Source: Vitreimonas sp. (GTDB lineage Bacteria > Patescibacteriota > Microgenomatia > UBA1400 > PJMF01). From it: DNA of 64,000 nucleotides. The DNA is taken from NCBI GenBank assembly GCA_035627515.1, contig DASPLQ010000012.1, forward strand, positions 135,269 through 199,268, given 5' to 3'. A program made the translations under genes and the position numbers. Below, in pieces: positions 36,777 through 46,300 of the stretch (within the stretch, counting starts at the first letter, position 1; each line of letters opens with the position of its first letter). Under the pieces are notes generated by a model, which was given only the letters and a program-made list of their open reading frames with translations, had not been told where the DNA came from and searched no databases.

Positions 36777-38144
36777 CTATGCCAATTTATCTGGCTTATA
36801 GTAAGGCAAAGGTGCTGGAGTAACATCTTTTTCTAAAGCTTCCTTAACAGCTTCACTTAATTTTTTCTCTGGTAAAACAGGAAGCCGTGCAGCAAATTTA
36901 GCCTTTAACTTTTGTTCGTTTGCTTCCTGACCCGTCTGCTGACAATAAAGATGCAATAAAGTAAATAAAGCTTCCTGCTGGGAAATTACCTCTCTCAGTT
37001 TATCTCCAATTCTATTATCAATGATGGTTTGAATATCTTGATCGAATAACCGTGTAACATCACTTACTGCTATAGCCTTTGCCTGGCGGGAACACAAGAC
37101 TTCATCTAAGTAATACTCAGTTAATGTAGAAGAAGGATCAAACGACCCAGTCAGTTCATAAAACACCTCATTTGGTGCCCTCATCTTAATACTAAATGAT
37201 ACATAGCCCTCATCGTATACAAATATTTCCAGGGAAAGTTGTTGGTGAGGCAAATATGCGCTTGTATTACTAGCATCTCGATCAATAACTATTTCCTCTG
37301 TATGGTGCCACTTTGCTGGCAATAAGTCTTTTCCCTGTTTGTTAGAGTCAAGAGTAAACTCACTTTTTTCGTCGATTAAAAGATCAAAACCTAAATCAAT
37401 AGGATTCAAAGCTAATCGTTGAAGTACGAGCTGTATTTTTTTATCCTTCTCGCTGTTAGCTGACAAAAAATCATCACTTTGAGTTAAGCTCATCAATAGT
37501 AAAGTCTCCTGGGCTGATGAAAGCTCGTCAAGCTCTGTATAGCTGGCTTCTAAGGTATAGTGACCGCGCGTGCTTGGTTTGGCAGGATTACCGATCTGAA
37601 GAGTCAGCGGCGCATCTTGTTTAAGTATGTCAACTTTCACATAGCTATTAGGTAGCCTATAAGGCGGCAAAGGTTCATGATGAACACTGGTTGAAATTTG
37701 GCGAGCCACTACACCTTCGTGAGTATATTTATCTTCAATCCAGGTAGTGTGAATGTCTACCGCTTTATAACCCACAAAATGTGTTTCTAGTTTTTCCGCC
37801 AATTCAGAAATTATCCCATCCAATGAAGGAAATCCTAATACTTCTCGACCTTTTTTAATTATTTCGTCCGTATGTTCAGTCATAACTGCCCCTGCAGAGG
37901 CAGCTCCTACCATAGCGAGAAACTGTCTTCGAGAAATTTTTGGCGTGGGCAACTTAGTTAGTATCTCTTGAGCGCTATTTTTTCTAGTAACTGCTGCATT
38001 TCGTGCGGCTTTAAACGCCTTAAGTATTTTCCGAAGTAAATTATCTGCCGATGGTTCAAGATCTATGGGCACTTGTTTATTCAAATCAAAAGTTGTGTGC
38101 TGTACCCCACCTGAATTTGAGCGCAAATCTTCTGGGTTAATCAT
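36777..38144 (-). CDS. Hypothetical protein with internal SRRQFL motif and TM
   Basis: 455-aa ORF; twin-arginine-like motif around residue 71. Confidence 0.7.
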   Translation of the reverse strand: MINPEDLRSNSGGVQHTTFDLNKQVPIDLEPSADNLLRKILKAFKAARNAAVTRKNSAQEILTKLPTPKISRRQFLAMVGAASAGAVMTEHTDEIIKKGREVLGFPSLDGIISELAEKLETHFVGYKAVDIHTTWIEDKYTHEGVVARQISTSVHHEPLPPYRLPNSYVKVDILKQDAPLTLQIGNPAKPSTRGHYTLEASYTELDELSSAQETLLLMSLTQSDDFLSANSEKDKKIQLVLQRLALNPIDLGFDLLIDEKSEFTLDSNKQGKDLLPAKWHHTEEIVIDRDASNTSAYLPHQQLSLEIFVYDEGYVSFSIKMRAPNEVFYELTGSFDPSSTLTEYYLDEVLCSRQAKAIAVSDVTRLFDQDIQTIIDNRIGDKLREVISQQEALFTLLHLYCQQTGQEANEQKLKAKFAARLPVLPEKKLSEAVKEALEKDVTPAPLPYYKPDKLA

Positions 38145-38163
38145 ATGTTATTCATCATAACAC

Positions 38164-39354
38164 CTACTCTCCCCGCTTCTTCAACTCCACTCTAACACTC
38201 TGCTCTTCCCCATCCCGCCAATACTTCACCGTCACGGTATCACCAATTTTTTTGTTGTTAATCAAGGTGGCTAATTGGTTGTTTTCATCTTTGAGGGCCT
38301 GGCCATCAAATTCAGTGACAATGTCACCAGTTTGCATACCCGCTTCAGCCGCAGGTGACCCGGCAACTACTTCCAGCAAGTACGCACCTTCTGGCACTTC
38401 ATTTAATAACGCAGCTTGCTTGGTGATGACACGGTACTGCACTCCTAAGAAAGGTCGATCGAATTGACCAGTTTGGTTGAAGTTACTGAGTGAGGTTTTA
38501 ACCACGTTGATAGGCAGCGCAAAGCCGATGTTTTGGGCTCCGGCCGTGACAGCTACATTCACACCGATGACGGCGCCATTCGCGTCTAATAACGGCCCGC
38601 CGGAGTTGCCGGGGTTGATGGCCGCATCAGTTTGAATTACCCCTTCTAAACTCTCAAATGTGCCCCCGCTAATTGTGCCAGCTTCAATACCGCGCCCCAG
38701 ACCGGAAACTACCCCCGTAGTCACGGTATGGCGGAAGGTACCTAAAGCTGTCCCAATCGCAATCACTTCCTGACCGACGCGCAATTTATCTGAATCACCC
38801 AGCGGTAAAGGTTCTAACTGAGCGCCTTCTACTTTCACAATTGCTAAATCATTCGCAGGATCGCGATAAATATTGGTGATTCTGTATTCGTTATTATCTT
38901 TATCGACTACGGAGTACTCAGCATTGGGGTCATCGACGACGTGTTTGTTAGTTACAATCAAGCCTGATTCATCTGCTACAAAGCCTGTGCCGATATCACG
39001 TTTGACCTCTTCAATCCGGCCACTTTGCGGCAAACCAAAACCAAAAATGCTATTCAAAAATGGATCAACCACGCGTTGGGATTTTTTGATCGAGACCGTC
39101 ACCACTGATGGCGAAGCTGCTTCCGAGACGTCAGCAACGGTACTGGTTTGTGAATTAAGGCTGGGCAGTTGTTGCCCGGCGCTACTCTCCAGCTTGGCAG
39201 CTAAAGATCCCACCGAGCGGCGACCCGTTAAGTAATCAAGAGGTTTGATCACAAAAATGCGATCAGCCAACGCTCCAATAAAAAAAGAGGTTAAAACTAA
39301 GACCGAAATTGATAAACCTAAGAGAAACGTTTTTACTTGAGGTTGCATACTCAA
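38164..39354 (-). CDS. htrA: HtrA/DegP serine protease
   Basis: TNKHVV, DLAIVK, QTDAAINPGNSGGPL, PDZ domain. Confidence 0.95.
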   Translation of the reverse strand: MSMQPQVKTFLLGLSISVLVLTSFFIGALADRIFVIKPLDYLTGRRSVGSLAAKLESSAGQQLPSLNSQTSTVADVSEAASPSVVTVSIKKSQRVVDPFLNSIFGFGLPQSGRIEEVKRDIGTGFVADESGLIVTNKHVVDDPNAEYSVVDKDNNEYRITNIYRDPANDLAIVKVEGAQLEPLPLGDSDKLRVGQEVIAIGTALGTFRHTVTTGVVSGLGRGIEAGTISGGTFESLEGVIQTDAAINPGNSGGPLLDANGAVIGVNVAVTAGAQNIGFALPINVVKTSLSNFNQTGQFDRPFLGVQYRVITKQAALLNEVPEGAYLLEVVAGSPAAEAGMQTGDIVTEFDGQALKDENNQLATLINNKKIGDTVTVKYWRDGEEQSVRVELKKRGE

Positions 39355-39407
39355 ATTTATAACACTTTAGCAGTGCCGAGTCAAGAGTGCTAGGAAAAAC
39401 AACTTTT

Positions 39408-40715
39408 CTAAATCACCTCAATGGCTTTATTTAAGACTTCATCATCTTGAGTCTCAGGGTTATCGAGGACTTCGTGGGTGACAGCAATGCCTTTTTCATG
39501 AATCCAGTCACCTTTAGGTAACAACCATTGAGCGATGGTGATATGGATGCCACCGCCATTACTGAGTTCTTTACGATCTTGGACCGTGCCTTTCCCAAAT
39601 GTTTTCTCACCAATTAATTGAGCGTCACGGCGATCGCGTAAAGCACCCGCCACGATTTCTGAGGCCGAGGCACTACCTTTATTGACTAGAACATCCACCG
39701 GCACATCCGCTAATCGAGCTTTGCCTCGGGCTTCGAATTCTTGAGTCCGGTACTTGTCCTTTTGCATCACCACTACACCATCTTCAATAAATTCACTAGC
39801 AATATTTATCGACTCTTCGAAATAACCACCGGGGTTGTTGCGCATATCTAAAATGACGCCGCGAACATTATTTTTTTGACTCAAAATCTCTGCCACCGCT
39901 TTGTCCCATTCCTCATCGGTGCGATCACCAAAGCGTGAAAGCTTCAGGTGAGCGACGCGCTTCCCACCCTGCTCTACAAACGTTAACTCCACTGAGGGCA
40001 CGATAATTTCGCCTCGCTCTAAAGTAACTTCGAAAGGTTGGGTTTGGGTCGAGTTCTCAGTTTTGCGAACTAGTGTCAGAGTGACTTTACTACCTTTAGC
40101 GCCACGGATATGGCCGACAGCTTCATTAAGCGTCCAACCCGTGGTATCAGAATCAAGACCTTTACTATCATCTTTGACGTGCAAAATTAAATCACTGGCT
40201 TTGATGCCCGCTCGTTCGGCTGGGGTACCTTTGACCGGCGCCACCACCGCTAAAATGCTATCAATATATCCCAACTCAATGCCGACACCATAAAAGGCAC
40301 CTGCCAAATCTTCAGCACTACGTTGGTTGTCATCAGGTGGCAAGTAGACGGTGTACGGATCATCTAAAGCTGAGGTCATACCACTGATTGCCCCATTCAC
40401 CATTTTTTCAGTGTTCAGCTTCTCGGCATCCATGTAATCTTGCTCAAGCATCCGCCACACTTCCCAAAAAGTAGAAAATTTGACGTCTTTAAAATCTGTT
40501 GGAGCCTCTTTATCAGTCAGGGTATAGCGCGTACTACCTTGAGTACTTGATTGTGGGTTCGGTTGTAAATAACCTGGCAATAACGGAATCTTACCTTCTT
40601 GGCCAAACTTAAAGCCCATCGCTCCCCCCAATAAAATCAGTAATAAAGCTATCACGATTTGGCGGGCAGGAAATGAAGAATTAATGGCGGGGCCAGATTG
40701 AGGACTCGAGATCAT
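39408..40715 (-). CDS. ctpA: S41 C-terminal processing protease
   Basis: LDDPYT, DMRNNPGG, SASASEI, TFGKG. Confidence 0.93.
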   Translation of the reverse strand: MISSPQSGPAINSSFPARQIVIALLLILLGGAMGFKFGQEGKIPLLPGYLQPNPQSSTQGSTRYTLTDKEAPTDFKDVKFSTFWEVWRMLEQDYMDAEKLNTEKMVNGAISGMTSALDDPYTVYLPPDDNQRSAEDLAGAFYGVGIELGYIDSILAVVAPVKGTPAERAGIKASDLILHVKDDSKGLDSDTTGWTLNEAVGHIRGAKGSKVTLTLVRKTENSTQTQPFEVTLERGEIIVPSVELTFVEQGGKRVAHLKLSRFGDRTDEEWDKAVAEILSQKNNVRGVILDMRNNPGGYFEESINIASEFIEDGVVVMQKDKYRTQEFEARGKARLADVPVDVLVNKGSASASEIVAGALRDRRDAQLIGEKTFGKGTVQDRKELSNGGGIHITIAQWLLPKGDWIHEKGIAVTHEVLDNPETQDDEVLNKAIEVI

Positions 40716-40758
40716 AGATGATCTATTGTAGCTCGAACCTAGAGTTAAAGAAAGAGGT

Positions 40759-41061
40759 TTAGACGAATTGTATCTTTAACTTTTTGTTGAACGCTGACGC
40801 AATTGTCATTAGCGTATTTAAAGTTGGATTATAGGAGCCAGATTCTATCTTAGTAATTGTCGTACGGGGTAAGTTAGCTCGCTTAGCTACCTCTGCTTGG
40901 GTCAAATGTAACTTTTTTCGCATTTTTCTTAACTCAACCAAAATATCATAGTAAAGCAACTCTAGCTCTACTATCTGTTTTTGTTCTAGTGTGAAATCTT
41001 TGGCAAATTCTTCTAAAGTAATAGTTTTCTTTTTAAGAATAGTATTTAGTTTTTTATTCAT
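40759..41061 (-). CDS. XRE HTH antitoxin (HigA-like)
   Basis: LTQAEVAKRA..TITKIESG..NPTLNTL; overlaps the toxin stop. Confidence 0.88.
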   Translation of the reverse strand: MNKKLNTILKKKTITLEEFAKDFTLEQKQIVELELLYYDILVELRKMRKKLHLTQAEVAKRANLPRTTITKIESGSYNPTLNTLMTIASAFNKKLKIQFV

Positions 41062-41375
41062 ATGATGTATTCCTTTAATCGCTTGGTAGCTTTCTCTATT
41101 TCATTTAATGGTGTTTGCTCAGTTTTTTTGTGAAAAGCTGATAATAAAATGACTACATCATTATCCAAGTAAGAATACAACACCCTCCACTCACCCTTAT
41201 ATTTAATCCTTAACTCAAAGAGGCTCTTATTAATTCGCTTACCTAGTGGCTCTTCTAATTTTCCATACTTAGCTAAGCTTCTTGAATGAGCCTCAACTCG
41301 AGCAATAACAACTAGTGGAAACTTAGAAATTTCTCTATTAGCTCGTTTATCAACTGCAATTGTTTTCTTATTCAT
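41058..41375 (-). CDS. RelE/HigB-like toxin (Gp49/DUF891 type)
   Basis: LFELRI..EWRVLY..ILLSAFHKKTEQTP. Confidence 0.9.
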   Translation of the reverse strand: MNKKTIAVDKRANREISKFPLVVIARVEAHSRSLAKYGKLEEPLGKRINKSLFELRIKYKGEWRVLYSYLDNDVVILLSAFHKKTEQTPLNEIEKATKRLKEYII

Positions 41376-41449
41376 AATTGTTCCTTATAAAGAACTTTAT
41401 GTCAAGTCTAAAAATTTGTTGAGATTATCAACAATCCTGTCAACACAAC

Positions 41450-41481
41450 AACACCCCGCCTCTTTCAAGGCAGGGTGTTTA
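41450..41481 (-). terminator. Terminator after rpsR
   Basis: Minus strand AACACCCTGCC-TTGAAAGA-GGCGGGGTGTT followed by a TG-rich tail. Confidence 0.65.
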
Positions 41482-41508
41482 AACACGTTCAAAACTAAAT
41501 TACAGAGA

Positions 41509-41739
41509 TTACAGCGTCTGTGTAAATGGCAACAAGGCTAAGTGGCGAGCTTGTTTAATAGCTTTAGCCAAACGGCGTTGTTGTTTTTGAGACAAGCCAC
41601 TCTTGGAACGAGGTACGATGTAACCTTGTTCAGTCAGGTAGCGTTCAAGCGCTTTGGATTCTTTATATGAGAAGGTCAGATTTTTATCTGCCTTGATAGT
41701 GGGGCCGCTAGAGCGGCGTCTACGAACTGGCATTGGCAT
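41509..41739 (-). CDS. rpsR: 30S ribosomal protein S18
   Basis: Start moved to MPMPVRRRR; [20 protein letters not shown]. Confidence 0.96.
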   Translation of the reverse strand: MPMPVRRRRSSGPTIKADKNLTFSYKESKALERYLTEQGYIVPRSKSGLSQKQQRRLAKAIKQARHLALLPFTQTL

Positions 41740-41746
41740 AGATTGA

Positions 41747-41842
41747 GTTCCTGAGTAATTTAGTAACTGAGTCATTCGCTGTCTCCGCCAGCTGGCTGAC
41801 CAATTACTTAGTTACTTATTTACTTAATTACTTTCATTACTT
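41747..41842. repeat. Octamer-repeat inverted element, copy 3
   Basis: GAGTAATTTAGTAACTGAGTCATT, core GCTGTCTCCGCCAGCTGGCTGA, then AATTACTTAGTTACTTATTTACTTAATTACTT. Confidence 0.75.
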
Positions 41843-41843
41843 A

Positions 41844-42335
41844 TTAAAATGGAATGTCGTCAGCGACATCCTCGACACTGCCGATATCATCACTCGGCAA
41901 TTGGTCATCATCACTCGCTGCACTGGACGAATGAGATGAGTTGTCATCACTTTGGTCATCTTGAGCAGCGGCATTGCTGCGACTACCACCACCGCGACCA
42001 TTCGATAACAACATCATGTTATCGATCACGATCTCGGTTGTCTTGCGATCTTGACCGTCCTCTGATTTCCAGTCGCGAGTTTGGATGCGACCTTCCACAT
42101 AGACTTTGTCACCTTTGCGGAGCAATTGACCACAAATGTCAGCTAGTTTAGACCAGGCGACAATGTTGTGGTACTCCACTTTTTCTTGCTTTTCACCACC
42201 GTCAGCTGGAGTCCAGGTGCGGTTAGTAGCAATGCCAAATGAACACACAGCAGTGCCATTAGGGGTGTAGCGTAAATTGGGATCGCGGGTTAAGTTCCCG
42301 ATCAACATGACTTTGTTTAATGAGCGTACAGACAT
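41844..42335 (-). CDS. ssb: Single-stranded DNA-binding protein
   Basis: LNKVMLIGNLTRDP, VEGRIQTR, C-terminal DDIPF. Confidence 0.98.
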   Translation of the reverse strand: MSVRSLNKVMLIGNLTRDPNLRYTPNGTAVCSFGIATNRTWTPADGGEKQEKVEYHNIVAWSKLADICGQLLRKGDKVYVEGRIQTRDWKSEDGQDRKTTEIVIDNMMLLSNGRGGGSRSNAAAQDDQSDDNSSHSSSAASDDDQLPSDDIGSVEDVADDIPF

Positions 42336-42394
42336 AGGTCCTTTCGTTAATCTGATACTACCTCTGAGTATATGGATAATTCTTGCATTAACCT

Positions 42395-42751
42395 TTACTC
42401 AGCCAATTTGCTCGGCTCTGCTTGACCATTTTCTTCAGCTACTACTAATAAGTGACGCATGATTTCGGTTTGCAAATACACATCGCGCTCAAGCTCAGGA
42501 GCTTTGAGAGATGGTAAGTTAAAAACAACGTGGAAGTAGTGAGCTTCGGTGTGCATCTTGCCACCATGTTTGAGGCGGTAAGCCAATTTTTTCTTGCCCC
42601 AAGGCTCGTTTTTGACCACTTCAGCCTTGTGCTTCTTGAGAGATGTCACCACACCTTCACTAATTTTGGACATTTCGGCGTCGGTATACACAGCCGGTAA
42701 TAAATAGGTCAGTTCGTACTTACGAACGACCTCGTCTTTGACGAGTTTCAT
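42395..42751 (-). CDS. rpsF: 30S ribosomal protein S6
   Basis: YELTYLL, WGKKKLAY, IMRHLLV; rpsF-ssb-rpsR gene order. Confidence 0.95.
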   Translation of the reverse strand: MKLVKDEVVRKYELTYLLPAVYTDAEMSKISEGVVTSLKKHKAEVVKNEPWGKKKLAYRLKHGGKMHTEAHYFHVVFNLPSLKAPELERDVYLQTEIMRHLLVVAEENGQAEPSKLAE

Positions 42752-42759
42752 AGGCGCTT

Positions 42760-42828
42760 ACTCCTTGAATTGCTTGCCTTTAAGCGATTTGGGTTCTGGT
42801 GCCGGTTAACGACTCCAGAGAGGCAAGC
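42760..42828 (-). promoter_or_regulatory. Candidate S6:S18 autoregulatory leader
   Basis: Minus-strand hairpin GCTTGCCT..AGGCAAGC just before the AAGGAG RBS of rpsF. Confidence 0.45.
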
Positions 42829-43374
42829 CTAATTAATGTTAGAGAGTATTTTACCATAGATGGAAAGAGCTATGGCAATGTCAGTTAAAATACCCTGATC
42901 CTGATGTGAAATTAACAAGGCGTGGCTAAGTTTTTTGTATGATATGTAAGAAGCATCTTTGATAGTTGTATCCTGCTGAGTTTGCTGATGAACATGTTTA
43001 CGAAAGGTATGTTTATCCACAAAAGCTAACCCTCGAGTGGTCATAGCCACAATCGTGTCAGGTTCAATTTCTAAGCCTACTACTGGAAATCGTTGTCCTA
43101 GCAACTGGAACTCGCTATGCTGAGCGTTTAATCTCTCCAACAGGGTAAAAACTTCTCTGAAAATATCATTCAGAAAGGTAACCTTGTCATCTAGACTCAA
43201 CCCGTCTTCTTCGACTAAGAAATAAAGCTCAGTAATCTCACTTAACTCACTCCAGGCTAGAATAACTTCATGGGCTAATCCTCGTTTAATGCCAGTAAGA
43301 AACTCGTGATTGAACTCACCGCTACAGATTTCTTCTACCATTTTTAAAACTTGTAATCGTTCTCTACTGGCCAT
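42829..43374 (-). CDS. Hypothetical protein
   Basis: 181-aa ORF starting 3 nt after the ychF stop. Confidence 0.65.
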   Translation of the reverse strand: MASRERLQVLKMVEEICSGEFNHEFLTGIKRGLAHEVILAWSELSEITELYFLVEEDGLSLDDKVTFLNDIFREVFTLLERLNAQHSEFQLLGQRFPVVGLEIEPDTIVAMTTRGLAFVDKHTFRKHVHQQTQQDTTIKDASYISYKKLSHALLISHQDQGILTDIAIALSIYGKILSNIN

Positions 43375-43377
43375 AAT

Positions 43378-44469
43378 TTACTTCCCAATCATGAACTCCA
43401 CTACATCGCCTTCTTGCATGATGTAGTCGCGGCCCTCTTGGCGGAGTTTGCCATTTTCCCGGACACCTTTCCAACCTTTAAGCGCTACGAAATCTGCGTA
43501 ACTGGCCACGTTAGCTTTGATGAAGTGTTTAGTGAAATCGGTGTGGATGACACCAGCAGCCTCGGGAGCGGTCATACCTTTTTTGATCGTCCAAGCCCGG
43601 ACTTCCAGTTCGCCGGCAGTTAAAAAGCTTTGTAAACCAAGCGTATGGTAGGCCACTGCGGCTAATCTTTCTAAACCACTTTGAGTCAAACCGAGCTCAT
43701 CTAAGAATAAAGCTTGATCCTCAGCTGATAACACAGCTAACTCGCTCTCAATTTTGGCCGAAATAATTACGATTTGCTCAGAGGCCATACCTAACTCAGC
43801 CGCAAATTTTTTGGCCAGTGCTTCCCCATCTTTGACTTGAGCCTCATCGACATTCAGAGCACATAACTCTGGCTTGGGACTCAGTAAATTTAACTCTTTA
43901 ATGACAGCTTGAAATTCTGAAGTTTGGAATTTGGGATTTTGAATTTTCTCTCCCCCGGCCTTCTCGATCACTTCTTTAATTTGCTTAATAATTTCCCATT
44001 TTTCTTTTTCACCCGGTTTACCACCACTCTTGGGTTCTTTTTGTTTATCAAGCGTAGCCAAGTCAGCGAGCTGAAGTTCTAAACGGATAATTCCTAAATC
44101 TTCGCTGGGGCTGACCGCTCCTTCGCGAATAATATCTGGGTCAGTAAAAGCTCGTAAGACATGACAAATCGCGGAGGTCTCACGAATATGAGACAGGAAT
44201 TGGTTACCCAACCCGGCACCTTGACTGGCACCTTTGACCAACCCCGCAATGTCCACAAACTCCACCGTGGCGGGCTTGATGACCGAGGTTTTCACAATCT
44301 CTGCCAAGACTGGCAGACGTTGATCTGGCACTTCGGCAATGCCCACATTTGGATCGATAGTGGCAAACGGATAGTTAGCAGCCAATGCTACTTGTTGTTT
44401 GAGAAGGGCGTTAAAGAGGGTTGATTTGCCGACATTGGGCAAACCGACGATGCCGATGGATAGATTCAT
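43378..44469 (-). CDS. ychF: Redox-regulated ATPase YchF
   Basis: GLPNVGKST, ANYPFATI, DIAGLV, AAGVIHTDF, EGRDY. Confidence 0.98.
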   Translation of the reverse strand: MNLSIGIVGLPNVGKSTLFNALLKQQVALAANYPFATIDPNVGIAEVPDQRLPVLAEIVKTSVIKPATVEFVDIAGLVKGASQGAGLGNQFLSHIRETSAICHVLRAFTDPDIIREGAVSPSEDLGIIRLELQLADLATLDKQKEPKSGGKPGEKEKWEIIKQIKEVIEKAGGEKIQNPKFQTSEFQAVIKELNLLSPKPELCALNVDEAQVKDGEALAKKFAAELGMASEQIVIISAKIESELAVLSAEDQALFLDELGLTQSGLERLAAVAYHTLGLQSFLTAGELEVRAWTIKKGMTAPEAAGVIHTDFTKHFIKANVASYADFVALKGWKGVRENGKLRQEGRDYIMQEGDVVEFMIGK

Positions 44470-44646
44470 ACTCAATGTTTCCTTTATTACTAGCTAGAGG
44501 TACTTACCCACTCTTAGTTCTTGCTACGTGGCGACTATTTTATCAAGACTTGGTTTAATTATCTCTAGCATTAATGCAATTTTCTTGTTGGTACTTACTT
44601 ATTCGCACTTTTTTAAAGTGTTTAGCAGTTAGATATAATAGAGGCT

Positions 44647-46260
44647 ATGAGTAATGAAAACTTCAACCCAGAAAACTATATAGGCGTAAGTGTTGCTGAG
44701 ATTTTTGGAGAGAGCAATGAAGGTGTTTCAGAAGACCACGCACATTTTTCAATCAAATTAAGAGAACGGCTACTAGCCATAGAGAAAAACGACATCGATG
44801 ACAATGATTTACCTTTATTCCTCTACCATTTGGCTTCAGCTGTCGCCAATGGTACTAGTTTGAGAAAGCTTGCTGATTATTATGGTTTGACCCACAAGAT
44901 CGTAGGCCAACTCCTACAGGCTGCTGGTATTCCATATGCATCTAGATCAGAAGCTGTTCAACGTTTTTGGACCAATGATAGTTATGCTGATGCCCGTGCT
45001 AAAAATCGTGAAGCTACAATCTCAGCTGCGCGCGAATTTTGGCGAGATGAAGACAGAAGCGCCACAGCTCGTCAAAAAGCTCGAGAACAAATGACCCAGC
45101 AGCGTCAAGACCCTGCCTTTGTTGAGGCTGCCACTGAAGCAGCTCGTCGTACTATGCAACAAAGATGGCAAGATCCCGAATATCGTCACCAGCATAGTGA
45201 AATGATGAAACGATTATGGCAAGATCCAGAGTATCGCCGCAACCAATTAGTGCATCTGTTTAACATCGCTGAAGAATTCAGAAATGACCCCGACTACCTT
45301 GAAAAACTCTCAGAAGCCCGCCGTCGGCTGTGGGAAGATCCAGATTTTTATGAAGCTCATGTCCAACGCTCTCGCGAAAATCTAGCCCGATTGAAACAAA
45401 CTCCCGAGTACCGTGAAAAACGCTCTCAATTAAGTAAAAAACAATGGAAAAATCCTGAGTTCAGAGCCAAAATGGCTCAGAAAGCCAGTAGACAGTTTTC
45501 TGAACTATGGAAAAATCCTGAATTCCGAGCATTTATCAGCGATCAATCTCGAGGGATTATGACAAGGTTAAATCAAGATCCTTCTTTTAAACAACGTCAA
45601 GCAGAAGCTCGATTAGAACGAGAAGAAGACGAGGAGTACCAAGCTCGAATTTCCGAAACGCGCCGTCAACTAGCGCTTGAATTTTGGCAACGCGAAGATT
45701 ATCGAGATAAACAAACCACTGCTCATGAAGAGCTATGGCAAGATCCGGAGTATCGTGCCCATATGGAAGAAATTAAGAGACAACAGTGGAATGACCTTAC
45801 TTTTAGAGAAAAATTAATTTTGCCTACTCAGTATGGCTACCGATCAGATATTGGTTTCTTTGCCCAATCTGCTATGGAAGCCAATGTAGCTCGCGTTTTT
45901 ATGCATTCTGGTAAAGAGTTTATGGTAGGAATGGTTCTTGAATTGCAGGTCACAGAAGAATTTAGTGATCTATTCAACGGACCATTCACGCGCTTCAATG
46001 TTGACTTTACCTTAACTGACCGAAGTAGTCGCACGGTGATCTACGAACTAATGGCTCATCCTTTTGAAGATCCTGAGGGGTGGGCTAAATTGACAATGGC
46101 TCAGCAACAATATCCTGACATTATTTTCAAAGTTATCGATCAAAAACTTTATAAGAGGTTACAAAACCGCTTTGAAGACGCAATTAATAATTCTGCTAAA
46201 TTTCATGGGTGGGAAAAAACCGGGTTTAACTTACGAACAAACCCAGATCTTTTTGGATGA
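44647..46260 (+). CDS. HTH + tandem WxDPEY repeat + PD-(D/E)XK-like protein (homing-endonuclease related)
   Basis: SLRKLADYYGLT HTH; about 15 (W/R/K)x(D/N)PE(Y/F) units; YRSDIG..SAMEANVAR..VDF..YEL. Confidence 0.7.
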   Translation: MSNENFNPENYIGVSVAEIFGESNEGVSEDHAHFSIKLRERLLAIEKNDIDDNDLPLFLYHLASAVANGTSLRKLADYYGLTHKIVGQLLQAAGIPYASRSEAVQRFWTNDSYADARAKNREATISAAREFWRDEDRSATARQKAREQMTQQRQDPAFVEAATEAARRTMQQRWQDPEYRHQHSEMMKRLWQDPEYRRNQLVHLFNIAEEFRNDPDYLEKLSEARRRLWEDPDFYEAHVQRSRENLARLKQTPEYREKRSQLSKKQWKNPEFRAKMAQKASRQFSELWKNPEFRAFISDQSRGIMTRLNQDPSFKQRQAEARLEREEDEEYQARISETRRQLALEFWQREDYRDKQTTAHEELWQDPEYRAHMEEIKRQQWNDLTFREKLILPTQYGYRSDIGFFAQSAMEANVARVFMHSGKEFMVGMVLELQVTEEFSDLFNGPFTRFNVDFTLTDRSSRTVIYELMAHPFEDPEGWAKLTMAQQQYPDIIFKVIDQKLYKRLQNRFEDAINNSAKFHGWEKTGFNLRTNPDLFG

Positions 46261-46300
46261 GTAGTAGTTATCTACTTATGAGCAAGTATAATTCTCAATA

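Noticed and set aside
42811-42827. PyrR-site-like ACTCCAGAGAGGC
   Set aside because: On the opposite strand to rpsF with no pyr gene nearby; better explained as part of the rpsF leader hairpin
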